The position numbers and the translations under genes are program-made. The notes beneath the pieces were generated by a model. The model was not told the DNA's origin. It worked only from the letters and a program-made list of their open reading frames with translations, and made no database searches. A DNA stretch of 64,000 nt from Candidatus Borrarchaeum weybense (GTDB lineage Archaea; Asgardarchaeota; Sifarchaeia; Borrarchaeales; Borrarchaeaceae). Each line of letters opens with the position of its first letter. The stretch's first letter is position 1. The stretch lies in NCBI GenBank assembly GCA_019057385.1, contig JAHQJS010000004.1:352001-416000 (forward strand), read 5' to 3'. Positions 29,136-39,151 of this stretch are shown in pieces.

Positions 29136-30584
29136 TTAAGGAGTAAAGAGATAAATGCTGATCTGATTTTTTGTCTTCATTAGTTTACAGTGATTCGCAA
29201 TCCAGTCTCTGAATTCAGCATCAGGATCTATAGCACCCAGCGTACCTGAGATAAGAAGCCATACTCGTTCATTAGCATTTTTTATCTCATCAAAAGTGCC
29301 AGGTTTAAATAATTCGATAGATAGGTTGAAATCGATTTTTCCTAGATAATAATAGACCGCTTTATCACCTGTGGCAGCAATGAGATCCTCTGTTGTCATG
29401 TGATTTTCAACATATGCACATGCACTTTTCCAGTCTGCATGAGCTTTATACCTATAATAAGAGAAATAAAAAGTATAAAGGTTGTTTACACTAAGAACTA
29501 TCGCAAATAAAAAGCCAAAAGCCAGGATCTTGTTTTTATCGAGATTTAATATTAAACCGCGAAATTCATTTTTGCTTTCGCTTTTCCTAATTTTCTCAAA
29601 GGATTCTGTTACTAGGTGAGCCGACAATAACGCATACGCGGGTAAAGCAAAAACAATATATCGAGTGTCAATACTAATAATAAAAGTAAGCAAAGCGAAA
29701 GTAATCAGCGGAATTAAGGCATAAGCTGTCAATAAAAAGCCAGTACTACTTTTTTGTAAAACTAGGTAAAGTGCACCTGCAACAGAAAATACAGACAACA
29801 TTATCCCAAGATCGGATTGAACCAACCTCTTAAAAAGCTCATCGATGGGCAGTCCCCATCTGAGCGTATTTTCTCCAAATTTAAACTCTATCGTCTGGAG
29901 AATTGTAGTAAAAAACAGGATTGAACTAAGGATAAAGAAAATACCAAAGAAAATCGTAAGATATTTATAATTAAGGCGAAACTGATCACTGCGAAGAAAA
30001 CCTTTGGAAATTAGCCAGAAGACTAATATTGCTAGTATAAGAATGGCAGAATAATGTGTGTAAAAAGCTAAAACGGTGAATATAGCAGAAAACACGTAGG
30101 GTGTGGCCGTTTCTTTATATGTGGTTTGATAAAAAAAAGACAAGGCTAATAGGGTAAAAACGGCCAATTCTGTATACATTCTTGCTTGTTGAGACCAATA
30201 GATGTGCCACGGAGATACAGAAATAAGAAAGGAAGCCACTAATCCTTCTTTTTCGCTGAACAGTTGTTTCCCAAAAAAATAAATCAAGGGAATCGTGGCG
30301 ATGCCAAATAAACAGGAAGGAAGCCTAATAGTAAACTCATTTGTCCCAAGGGTTTCTACAAATAACCTAAGGATCACATAGGATAGCGGAGGATGAGATA
30401 TGTTGTACAGTTTACCTCTACTGTCTAGGATTGATGATGCTTCATCATTCCCTAGGCTTGGGCGCCCTAATTTATGTAACCTCAACATAGCACCTATAGC
30501 TGTAATTATTATAAGCAAATAAAGAATCATCATATGCGGCGCTAACAAAGTTTGTTTCAATGAACGTCTTCCCTGCAGTTTCAC
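29136..30584 (-). CDS. ArnT/PMT-family (GT39/GT83-like) membrane glycosyltransferase
   Basis: LRL..LG..SL.NDE, HPPL, EFTIRLPS.LFG, SPWHIYWSQ.ARMY, YTHY, RYI and ADWKSA motifs. Confidence 0.88.
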   Translation of the reverse strand: MKLQGRRSLKQTLLAPHMMILYLLIIITAIGAMLRLHKLGRPSLGNDEASSILDSRGKLYNISHPPLSYVILRLFVETLGTNEFTIRLPSCLFGIATIPLIYFFGKQLFSEKEGLVASFLISVSPWHIYWSQQARMYTELAVFTLLALSFFYQTTYKETATPYVFSAIFTVLAFYTHYSAILILAILVFWLISKGFLRSDQFRLNYKYLTIFFGIFFILSSILFFTTILQTIEFKFGENTLRWGLPIDELFKRLVQSDLGIMLSVFSVAGALYLVLQKSSTGFLLTAYALIPLITFALLTFIISIDTRYIVFALPAYALLSAHLVTESFEKIRKSESKNEFRGLILNLDKNKILAFGFLFAIVLSVNNLYTFYFSYYRYKAHADWKSACAYVENHMTTEDLIAATGDKAVYYYLGKIDFNLSIELFKPGTFDEIKNANERVWLLISGTLGAIDPDAEFRDWIANHCKLMKTKNQISIYLFTP

Positions 30585-30666
30585 AACTCCTATAGACTAT
30601 TTATGGACCAATAAAATAGCTGTAAATATATAAGTATTGTAATGATTTGTAGTGATTTGCTTTTAT

Positions 30667-31050
30667 TTAGATGAGTAGACCCTTGAAAAAGTCACTCACA
30701 AGTAAATTCTCGACAAGACTATTTGAGTTTTTGACAAGTCGATTAATATCTTCTTTAGTCGCGTGATCAATATGTAAACCTGCTATGACGACAACATTTT
30801 TGTCAAAGTCAAAATTCTTCATTAATTCCGTTGCAATGTCTTCAGCAATAACGTTATCTTTATGCCCTTCATCCGTCCAGATGGTATAGTTAACGTTCTT
30901 ACTCTTATTAGGGCAAGCTATGACCACGGAACCAATATGTGGTTTTACTCCACCGCCAATAATAACTGTTAAATCATCACCTGAAGTAATAGCGTGTAGG
31001 TTGACTTTGAATTTGCCTTCATCGATAGTGTCGTTAAATTGATTTTTCAT
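30667..31050 (-). CDS. LpdD-like (prenylated-flavin chaperone / PAC4-like fold) protein
   Basis: GDDL.V.IGGG.KPHIGSV, GHKD..IA and VVVIAGLHIDHATKEDI motifs. Confidence 0.75.
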   Translation of the reverse strand: MKNQFNDTIDEGKFKVNLHAITSGDDLTVIIGGGVKPHIGSVVIACPNKSKNVNYTIWTDEGHKDNVIAEDIATELMKNFDFDKNVVVIAGLHIDHATKEDINRLVKNSNSLVENLLVSDFFKGLLI

Positions 31051-31568
31051 GAGATCCCTTCTGGAGAATACTCCTTAATAATATCATTGCTAGATGCTAT
31101 TGCTTCATATGCTTTTTTTACAATTCTACGAACTCTTTGTTTATTATCTTCAAAGAAAAGAAGGTGACTTTTGCATCCAGATTTACAGTCAGATGCACCA
31201 AACCCTCTTACAACTATTTTTCCGCCTAACGATAAGAGTTCTTTAATTATCATACATTCATATTGCTTATTTGATTCAAAAAATACGATGTGGTTTATTT
31301 GAGATTCCTTTACCTTAAGAAAGTAATCAATATGCCAATGGAGGGTTTTTACTTTAGATATGTGGCGTTGCAATCGCCCTCCGAGACCAACTGCTCCTTT
31401 TCCAAGAGCAGAACCGGTATATACATAGTTTCCGCTAGGGAATTTATATATCCCCAATTTTCCAACTTCAATTTTAATCTCTTGATTCAATTTGATAATT
31501 AGCGTATACGTACCCGGACTACTAGGTATTCGATCTATTGGAATCATAGTGCTCATTTTTTTGGCCAA
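31047..31568 (-). CDS. DUF123 / GIY-YIG (Uri) superfamily nuclease
   Basis: GTYTL, G.YVYTGSA, RL.RH, HWHIDY and GFGASDC..GC.SHL motifs. The start may be ATG 31556. Confidence 0.88.
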   Translation of the reverse strand: MAKKMSTMIPIDRIPSSPGTYTLIIKLNQEIKIEVGKLGIYKFPSGNYVYTGSALGKGAVGLGGRLQRHISKVKTLHWHIDYFLKVKESQINHIVFFESNKQYECMIIKELLSLGGKIVVRGFGASDCKSGCKSHLLFFEDNKQRVRRIVKKAYEAIASSNDIIKEYSPEGIS

Positions 31569-33127
31569 GTAACAAGCTGTGGGGTTCTTGGAAGTTCATC
31601 GCCGATATATTTTTTGATTTCATTCGGCCATTTCTCAAAATCAAATCCATGACGTATGACGAATACATATGCCCATCGTGATGGACCGATCCCCACGCAC
31701 CCCGTCCAGACATCTCTGTTCGCTTTATCTTTAAAATTGAATCTTCCTGCATAGAAGTCAGTGTGAACATGATAGGATGATATTTCTAGTTCTGCTTCTG
31801 GTCTGCTAGCCGTTTCAAAAGGTAGGATTGCTGTTAGGTCATATGTCTTCACAAATTCCTCTGTTTCATCTTTTTCTGTAGCGCCGGCATGCTCAAGATA
31901 AACTGCTGTGGTTTTGTCAATTCGGTATTCCAAATCAAAGATATCGTTTATTATTTTCTCTGAGCGTTCGAGAATTTCATCTCTGATATCGATAGTTTTT
32001 TTTGGCGATGACATATAGGTGAATTCGATCCGATGAAATTCATTTAATCTCTCTAGTCCCTTTAGCCCTCCTCCTTCCCAACGCCAAGTAGGACCATTTC
32101 TATCAAAGAACTTTATGGGGTTATTTTCAAGATCGTCTATATCCACTATTTCCTTTTGAAAGATTTCATAGAAAGGCTCACACTGAGCATAAGAGAGACC
32201 AAACATGGGTGGTCTGAGCATTTTTTGTAACATTTCAGGATTAGTAGTACCTGTGATTTCAACATAGTCTACATATTCTTCAAAGTCTTTAGGATTCCTA
32301 CTTGTCGGAGGACATACCCAAAATAGTTCATTTGGAATCGCAAGCTGTCCTTTTTTTCTTTCAACTTCTAATGGGATCAATCGCGGAAAGATGGTTTCGA
32401 CAAACCCCATAGGTTTGATTATCTTATCGATCACAAGTTGCTCAATAGCTCGGATGAGTGCTGTAAAAGGAGGCATGATTGTCCAGACGCCGGCACCTGG
32501 GAACTCTTTTACCCATCCTCTTCCTACAGCTTGTTCAGTAGGATCTATCTTAATTCTATACTTGTCTAATTTTTTTTCACTTCGCCTGACAGTTTCAGAA
32601 AATGCAGCTTTACCTCCCATACTCTGTGTTCTGATTTTTTCTTCCATTCGATTAAGCAATTTATCAATATAGTTCTTTTTTAGTGCTGTTTCATCAATAT
32701 CTTTTGGATTTAGAATGATATGAGCCTGATTACCCGTAAAATCGATTTTATCAGTAAATGGAAGAGTCATTGGCTCTAATGGCGCTTCTTCCAGTTCCAT
32801 GGTGATTTCAAATCGTTGAATCTCAATTCTTCTTACACCTAATTGGTACTTCTTTCCTAAAAATGTAGACAATTCTTTATTAAGTCGCATAATGCCTGTA
32901 TGTGCTCTAACGTATCTACCACTGTTTAAGTTTAAAAAAACGCCTTCTGGCTGTATCTGATATTCTTCTATTGTTGTTCCTTCGTTTTCTTTACCTTCTG
33001 GAACGCCCTTTTTAAGAAATGAGTTGTTTGCATCTTCAAGAAATTCTGTTAAGGATTCTACTGCCTCTGTGGGCAGTTTTTTGCTAAATTCAAAGAACAC
33101 GTCCGCTTCAAATCTCATCAAAGACAC
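31553..33127 (-). CDS. serS: Serine-tRNA ligase, methanogen (type 2) form
   Basis: N-terminal SGRYVRAH.GI.R..K.L...LGKKY..GVR, and YAQCEPFY, GPTWRWEGGG..GLER..EF.RIE and WTGC.G.G..RW motifs. These include the Cys/Glu/Cys zinc ligands of type 2 SerRS. Confidence 0.9.
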   Translation of the reverse strand: MSLMRFEADVFFEFSKKLPTEAVESLTEFLEDANNSFLKKGVPEGKENEGTTIEEYQIQPEGVFLNLNSGRYVRAHTGIMRLNKELSTFLGKKYQLGVRRIEIQRFEITMELEEAPLEPMTLPFTDKIDFTGNQAHIILNPKDIDETALKKNYIDKLLNRMEEKIRTQSMGGKAAFSETVRRSEKKLDKYRIKIDPTEQAVGRGWVKEFPGAGVWTIMPPFTALIRAIEQLVIDKIIKPMGFVETIFPRLIPLEVERKKGQLAIPNELFWVCPPTSRNPKDFEEYVDYVEITGTTNPEMLQKMLRPPMFGLSYAQCEPFYEIFQKEIVDIDDLENNPIKFFDRNGPTWRWEGGGLKGLERLNEFHRIEFTYMSSPKKTIDIRDEILERSEKIINDIFDLEYRIDKTTAVYLEHAGATEKDETEEFVKTYDLTAILPFETASRPEAELEISSYHVHTDFYAGRFNFKDKANRDVWTGCVGIGPSRWAYVFVIRHGFDFEKWPNEIKKYIGDELPRTPQLVTWPKK

Positions 33128-33350
33128 CTAGCGAATCCATTAATCAAACATCATTTGAACTGTTTATTGGTTTATTTTTAAATTCTATTTCCAATGATAA
33201 TCTTTTTGGTAAAAAAAGGAATCTCTTTCAAGTAGCAAAATTTCCAGTGTTTAGTAAATAATAGAATGGAATTTGATGTATTTAATTCTTTGAATCTAAA
33301 TGATAAGAAAAACCTCTCAATATTGTATACTATTTCACTTTCTTAGGTTA

Positions 33351-34091
33351 CTAAAACACTATATCATTCTTAGTAAAGCCGTAGGGGATCTTTTTAGTTA
33401 TATAGTCAAGAATTGGTGATTTAAAAACACGAAGATATCTTGCAAGTTCTCCATTTATTTCCTTTGTTTCTAAACGAATAACAGCATCATAGAGGAACTC
33501 AAAAGTCTTTAATTCCATCGGGTTGTGCATTCCGGTTCCTATCACATCCAAAGTAATTGCATTTTCGGTTTTTGCAACTTGGGTTATTTCTTTGGCCAGC
33601 TTATATGTCTTTTCAAACCCAAAGGTCATCACAATGGTCGAAAGAGAAGAGGTTGCGCTTCTTACGAGAGTTTTCTTTGACTGTTTTCCTTGATCCTGCT
33701 CTCGATACCACATCCAAATTCCATGCATTACGTCCATGATGCGGTTTGCATTATTGGGCTCACCGATCGTGATTATATGTTTTGAAAAATCCCGTACATA
33801 TTCTCCTCCTTTTGTCCAAAAGTCTACAATTTTCCCTTTTTTCAGGAACTCCTCTGGAACAATCCCAAATTCCTTGTATTTCCGAAGTATTTCGTCAACA
33901 GAATAATCATAAGAATAAAAGAAGCAGACATCTTTCTGGCGTAATCCTTCATACAACCATTTTTCTACAAATAGCAATGGACTGGTACCTGTTTCAACCT
34001 CAAGTAAGATTTGCGTGCCTCTTGGCACTCCTGGTCCACCCAAGAGTTTGTCTAGTTCTTTGATACCGCTTGAAGCTAATTCCATTGGCAA
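33351..34091 (-). CDS. KaiC/RAD55-like RecA-fold protein with a degenerate Walker A
   Basis: SSGIKELDKLLGG.GVPRG..ILL, but ETGTSP replaces GxGK[ST]. C-terminal DAVIRL..RYLRVFK. Confidence 0.8.
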   Translation of the reverse strand: MPMELASSGIKELDKLLGGPGVPRGTQILLEVETGTSPLLFVEKWLYEGLRQKDVCFFYSYDYSVDEILRKYKEFGIVPEEFLKKGKIVDFWTKGGEYVRDFSKHIITIGEPNNANRIMDVMHGIWMWYREQDQGKQSKKTLVRSATSSLSTIVMTFGFEKTYKLAKEITQVAKTENAITLDVIGTGMHNPMELKTFEFLYDAVIRLETKEINGELARYLRVFKSPILDYITKKIPYGFTKNDIVF

Positions 34092-34151
34092 GACAGGTTA
34101 CTCTCCAAGGGTATCACTAGGTGATGATATAAAAGTTCTACTCAATGTAGC

Positions 34152-35018
34152 TCATTCATAGCAAAGTACAGATTCATCATAGGTTCTTCCTCTGATTTCC
34201 ATACCCTTTGGATGAAAATGTATCTTCTTTTTTTGAAGAAAAATGCTTAGGTGTTCTGTTTTTGTGTTGATATCATCTCCATGCAAAAATTTAAGTGGTA
34301 AATCGATCGATAACGGACGTATTTTAACTATGTGACGTGTGCTTTTAAGTGGGAACAAAATACCGCTTTTTGCTGCCATTATTACATCTTTTTTGTTTAT
34401 AATTGGTGGCACGAGCACTCCTACGACATCTTTTTTTTCGATCTCAATTTTTGAACTATATTTGACTTCAATATTAAAATGGAATTTGAAAAGTACCTCG
34501 ATAAGAATAAGATGATTAAAAATTTCTACAAGATCCTTGACCTCTTCCTTACTGTTAATAAGAATGGATTTTTCCTTTGTAATCAACGCACCAGCAACGC
34601 TTCCTTCGTTTATCAATTTTACAGCTTCTTGAGGATTCTTTGTGTATGCAATATCAAATTTATCCAATCTTTGGATGCTTTCAATCATTTGTATTGACGG
34701 GATTGTCTGATTCGATATGAACCGCCTGTACCATCGATTAACACTTACATCCTTGTAGGGTACACAATAGCAAAGAACGGTTTTGCATGAAAGTTTTTTA
34801 AAAGCCGCAAGGCGGTGCATTCCATCTAATACAACACTACTATCGCGCTCAACGATTATGGGGTCTTTCTGAAAACCATCATTTTCTATTTCTTGCGCTA
34901 ATTGATCAACTATTTTAAAAGCCGTTTTCTCATGAGGCAGAAGGGACTCAAGTTTTTCTAATCTGATGTCAGATTCAACAACATTGCGAATCTGTGAAGA
35001 ATTCATGTTTTTCCCCAA
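34152..35018 (-). CDS. ParB/Srx-fold protein, SerK/SbnI-like free-serine kinase candidate
   Basis: LLPHE, DPIIV, VLDGMHR and C-terminal FPLKSTRH motifs. Confidence 0.7.
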   Translation of the reverse strand: MGKNMNSSQIRNVVESDIRLEKLESLLPHEKTAFKIVDQLAQEIENDGFQKDPIIVERDSSVVLDGMHRLAAFKKLSCKTVLCYCVPYKDVSVNRWYRRFISNQTIPSIQMIESIQRLDKFDIAYTKNPQEAVKLINEGSVAGALITKEKSILINSKEEVKDLVEIFNHLILIEVLFKFHFNIEVKYSSKIEIEKKDVVGVLVPPIINKKDVIMAAKSGILFPLKSTRHIVKIRPLSIDLPLKFLHGDDINTKTEHLSIFLQKKKIHFHPKGMEIRGRTYDESVLCYE

Positions 35019-35522
35019 TTAGACTTTAATTAATGTTGGCAAATAATGCTATAAAAACTACATAAGATTTGAATGAGTAACTGTATTTAATTTACAATTC
35101 TTAACTTAAATCTGCTTTTCATAATGAACCTGTAAGTCATTATAATCAAATGTATTAAAAGCGTATTTTCCGAATGGTACGAATGAAATACCCGCATGTT
35201 ACTTGCATTTATTGTATTTTCTTCTAAAGATCATAAAAATAATAATTTTGAGTTTCACAGAACAATTTTGTATTTACACATTTTTTTGGTTGCTAATTAA
35301 CACAAGATCTAACGATCAAAGCGTTATCTTATTTTGTCGTTAGGAAATCCTCGATCAAAGTTGAAAAAATTATTAGCTCTCCTTTTGTTATAAAATACCG
35401 ACAAAAGTAATAACCAGATGATACAAAATCGTTTTATTATTTATTTTATAAAATATTCCGACAAAAACACTTGAATATAGAATTTTTGAAATTTATCGGC
35501 ATTTTCAAAGGAGCTTAACACT

Positions 35523-36008
35523 TTGGAATTATCTGGGAGACATCTGTTGATTATTTCATGTTCGAAAACAAAGAATAGTCAACTGAGAAACAATGAAGAA
35601 ATAACACTCCCTGCAATACAAGGATATGATGGCAAGATTTTTCTGACTTTACGAAAAGCATTTAGAGAAGGATTAGGGCAAAATGTTGATGTACTCATAA
35701 TCTCAGCAAAATATGGTCTTTTAAGAGCAACAGATGAGATTTCTTATTATGAGGAACGCATGACAAGACAAAAAGCACACGAACTTAGAGATAGGGTTTT
35801 ATCTAAATTGAAATTGATTGTTGCGAATGGAGGAAACTACAGAACAATTTTTGTAATGATGGGAAAAGACTATTTTGAAGCAATTAGCGGCTTATCTACG
35901 TTAATCGATATCCCTATTGATATTATAGAAATGGAAAAAATCGGAAAAGCACAGCAAAAACTTAGAAACTTATTGTTAAGATTAAACTCACAGATAGTGG
36001 TATCTTAA
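35523..36008 (+). CDS. DUF6884-like protein (YaaA/TGT-associated fold)
   Basis: IISCSKTK, PAI..YDG, LIISAKYGLL, I.YYE.RMT and MGKDY motifs. Confidence 0.7.
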   Translation: MELSGRHLLIISCSKTKNSQLRNNEEITLPAIQGYDGKIFLTLRKAFREGLGQNVDVLIISAKYGLLRATDEISYYEERMTRQKAHELRDRVLSKLKLIVANGGNYRTIFVMMGKDYFEAISGLSTLIDIPIDIIEMEKIGKAQQKLRNLLLRLNSQIVVS

Positions 36009-36245
36009 TCTAAATTTTCCTATTAGAAGATTAAAGAAACAATAATTTCAAGGGCAAAAAAGCATTAAATTAGATTTTCTATTTTCTAATTGAGTTATTT
36101 TCCGTTGTTCCACCACCAATGCCCATCCAAACTTTCTGATTTCTTATAAATATCCATTTTTGGACTATAGTAGTTAAAATTAAAGTTGCCTTCAACACAT
36201 TCTTTTTTAAAAAACAGGGATATTAAAAAAACAGGAGGGTATATC

Positions 36246-37091
36246 TTGGACGTCGTATCAGTATTGAAAGACGGAAACATCGAAGACATGGTTGAAAGAT
36301 CAGTGAACCTTGTCCTTGCTGGAGGACTTGAGGAAATAATTGATAAAGGCGACCGTGTTTTAATCAAACCAAACCTTGCCGCCCCAAAGCAAAGTAATAC
36401 AGGAGCCACAACAAATCCGAGGGTCGTTTTAAAATTAATCGGGTTAGTGAAGAGTGCCGGCGGCATACCTATCGTTGGCGAAAGCCCGATTGTTGGTTAT
36501 AATACGGAAGAAGTTTTCTATAGGACAAAATACAAACTTCTTATGAAGGGGCAAGGTGTCGATATTGTTGATTTTAATGCAGATACGCCTGTCGAAGTTT
36601 CAATAAAAGGAGCATTAGCCCTCAAAGAAGTAAAACTTGCTAAAACTGTGTTAGATTGTGATAAATTTATTAGTGTGCCAGTATTAAAAACACATGACGC
36701 TTGTACTGTAACTCTAAGCTTAAAAAATCTTAAGGGCTGCATGTATCAAAATGAAAAATATAACTCGCATCGTGTGGGCGTGCATAAAGCGATTGTCGAT
36801 CTTAATACACTCATTAAACCCGATTTAGCGGTAATTGATGGTATTGTGGGTATGGAAGGACTTGGACCCACAGCTGGAGATCCCGTACGCATGGATATGA
36901 TAATCGCAGGAAAAGATTTAGCATCCGTAGACACTGTCGCTTCCACGATTATGGGATTCGATGCAGATAAGATAAAACATATTAAATATGCGGCACAAAA
37001 TGGCTTTGGAACAACAGACCTTCAAAAGATTGAAGTCTTAGGTGAACCTATTCAAAAGGTTTTTCGTAAATTCCAAGAAGCTACGTGGTGA
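36246..37091 (+). CDS. DUF362-domain Fe-S protein
   Basis: VLIKPNL, ATTNP, VGES, SVPVLKTH..VTLSLKNLKG, IDGIVGMEG.GP and D..VD motifs. Start placed at TTG 36246 after an AGGAGG RBS; the track start is 36186. Confidence 0.88.
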   Translation: MDVVSVLKDGNIEDMVERSVNLVLAGGLEEIIDKGDRVLIKPNLAAPKQSNTGATTNPRVVLKLIGLVKSAGGIPIVGESPIVGYNTEEVFYRTKYKLLMKGQGVDIVDFNADTPVEVSIKGALALKEVKLAKTVLDCDKFISVPVLKTHDACTVTLSLKNLKGCMYQNEKYNSHRVGVHKAIVDLNTLIKPDLAVIDGIVGMEGLGPTAGDPVRMDMIIAGKDLASVDTVASTIMGFDADKIKHIKYAAQNGFGTTDLQKIEVLGEPIQKVFRKFQEATW

Positions 37092-37404
37092 GCTACCTCG
37101 TGCTAAAGCTTTGAGGCTTCCTGCTTCAACGACAGACTCGATCCCCTTGACGGGTTACGGAGGTCTTATCTCCACAGGCTTAACATCCCTATGCCCCGTA
37201 GGTACGGTTCACGATGGTGAGACCATCGGAGCATGCACCTTATCTGCAAGTGTGCGTGTTATCCCTCCAATAGCCATTAATACCTTATTCATACCACCTA
37301 TATAAAGTCAGGGAGACCCTTCGATGCACGTGATGAAAGTGAACACTCACTCACGCAATTCATCACCATGCTGAGGCAGTGGTGCTTTCTTGCTTGGCTA
37401 CGTG
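37088..37404 (-). mobile_element. Non-autonomous IS200/IS605-derived miniature element (left end + tnpB-type right end/omega-RNA scaffold)
   Basis: On the minus strand: a left end CAAGAAAGCACCACTGCCTCAGCATGGTGATGAATTGC and a right end GTTGAAGCAGGAAGCCTCAAAGCTTTAGCACGAGGTAGCTCAC. The 3' ~120 nt resembles the tnpB 3' end at 28417-28530. GCTACGTGGT is repeated at 37080-37089 and 37397-37406. Confidence 0.75.
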
Positions 37405-37428
37405 GTAAACGTTATTGGAGTCTTTGAA

Positions 37429-37863
37429 TTGGTATTAATTAACATAGATCAGGAAAAATGCAATTTGTGTAGGATTTGTGTACAAGCTTGTCCTAGCGAG
37501 ATTTATTTGGTGGAAGTGCACGGAATAGAAGTGGAAAAAGAAAAATGCCTAGGCTGTGGAAACTGCATAACGATTTGTCCTGTTGAGGATTTTGGAGAGA
37601 AACCAATCTATAGAATTCACAATGGTAAGAGTGGCATTTCTGAGGAAAGAATTGATATATGCAAACGCTTTGATGGGTCTGGGTGGAGTTGCGAGTTGTG
37701 TAAAAACGTCTGTCCTGTTGGAGCTATACGATTTATTGGTAATTGTCAATTAAATGAAGAAAATATAAAAAATTGCCTTGAAGGCGAGGGAAAAGACTGT
37801 CGAATCTGCTCAGAGGCATGTCCTGAGGGAGCGATTCGTGTTAGAAGAGATAATGGCAAATAA
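37429..37863 (+). CDS. Polyferredoxin (multiple 4Fe-4S clusters)
   Basis: CNLCRICVQACP, CLGCGNCITICP, CELCKNVCP and CRICSEACP motifs. Start placed at TTG 37429, because the track start of 37390 lies inside the miniature element. Confidence 0.88.
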   Translation: MVLINIDQEKCNLCRICVQACPSEIYLVEVHGIEVEKEKCLGCGNCITICPVEDFGEKPIYRIHNGKSGISEERIDICKRFDGSGWSCELCKNVCPVGAIRFIGNCQLNEENIKNCLEGEGKDCRICSEACPEGAIRVRRDNGK

Positions 37864-37883
37864 TTATAATGGGGCTAATATAG

Positions 37884-38720
37884 ATGAACGCGCGATTGGA
37901 AGATCCTAAGAAATTACTAGAAACGTTACTAGAAGATTTCAAGAAAAAGGGTAGCGTAGTAGTCGCGTTTTCTGGAGGTGTGGACAGTAGTGTGGTTGCA
38001 GCACTGGCATATCGGGCTCTAGGTGATAGATCAGTTGCAGTTACTGTCGATTCTCCGATGATGTTTCCAGACGAAGTTCAAACTGCAAGGGAAGTCGCCC
38101 AGCAGATAGGGATACAACACATTATTGTCCCTCTAAATGAACTTGAACATCCAGCAATATTACAAAATCCTCCAGATCGTTGCTATCACTGTAAAAAGTT
38201 GCGATTCAGTGATTTGTTTGAATTTGCAGAAAAGGAAGGGTACGAAGCAGTGGCTGACGGTACGAATGTTGAGGATTTTGATGAACATCGTCCTGGAATA
38301 CGTGCCGCAAGGGAATTACAAGTTTGGTCACCATTAGCAGAACGCGGTCTAAATAAAGAAAAAATTCGTGCGCTTGCAAAATTATTAAACTTACCATCTG
38401 CTGAAAAACCTGCGATGGCATGTTTGGCGAGTCGGGTTCCGTACGGGGAAACACTTTCTGAAGAAAGATTTAAACGAATAGCACAAGCGGAAATTTATAT
38501 CCGTAATGAACTTAGGATTAAACAGGTAAGAGTACGTGAGCATGAAAACGGAAAAATTGCCAGAATTGAAGTAGGCTCTGCAGAACGAAATAAATTCTTT
38601 GATTTTGAAAAAATGGATAGTTTATCGAAGCAGTTAAAGAAGTTAGGCTATAAATATGTGACGCTTGATCTCCTTGGCTATCGTTCTGGAGCCATGGACG
38701 AAGTACTTCAAAAGTCTTGA
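37884..38720 (+). CDS. larE: ATP-dependent sacrificial sulfur transferase LarE family
   Basis: PP-loop AFSGGVDSS, NPPDRCYHCKK, DGTN..D...RPG, CLASRVPYG, RVR.H and GYRSG.M motifs. Confidence 0.9.
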   Translation: MNARLEDPKKLLETLLEDFKKKGSVVVAFSGGVDSSVVAALAYRALGDRSVAVTVDSPMMFPDEVQTAREVAQQIGIQHIIVPLNELEHPAILQNPPDRCYHCKKLRFSDLFEFAEKEGYEAVADGTNVEDFDEHRPGIRAARELQVWSPLAERGLNKEKIRALAKLLNLPSAEKPAMACLASRVPYGETLSEERFKRIAQAEIYIRNELRIKQVRVREHENGKIARIEVGSAERNKFFDFEKMDSLSKQLKKLGYKYVTLDLLGYRSGAMDEVLQKS

Positions 38721-38737
38721 ATTGTTAGGCATAAGTC

Positions 38738-39151
38738 TTATTTTTTGATTATTTCAACGGTTCCGTCATCGCCGTTAACCTTAATGTAGTCATCTGTGCA
38801 ACATTCTTTTAGTAGATTCTTATCAAAGTTATCAATCATTGGAATGTCGATGGTAATGGCACTAAGAGCCAAAATGGGATCTGCTATATCACATACTATC
38901 GCAACGGGTGCAGTTCCACGAATCATAGCATCATACGCAACATATGGACCTAATGTTCCGCCTTTTCCTGTAGGACACACAAGAACCTTCCCCCTCATAT
39001 ATTCACCCATTTTTTCGCTCATTAGAAGTTTTCCTGTTGTCGGGTCAAAATCCCCGATAAAACTAAATGGTGTGTTTACAACGATTGCATAGCCTTCTGC
39101 TTTTCCTTTATTGATTATATGACCCGTTAATATCATTTTAAATGCACCCAT
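38738..39151 (-). CDS. Aconitase X small (swiveling) subunit, DUF126
   Basis: G.AEG.A.V..PFSF.G..DP.TG, GKVLV.PTGKG.T and AP.AIV....DPILA motifs. Confidence 0.85.
   Translation of the reverse strand: MGAFKMILTGHIINKGKAEGYAIVVNTPFSFIGDFDPTTGKLLMSEKMGEYMRGKVLVCPTGKGGTLGPYVAYDAMIRGTAPVAIVCDIADPILALSAITIDIPMIDNFDKNLLKECCTDDYIKVNGDDGTVEIIKK

Noticed and set aside
37042-37305. 87-aa ORF after the DUF362 gene
   Set aside because: It reads through the reverse complement of the miniature IS element.
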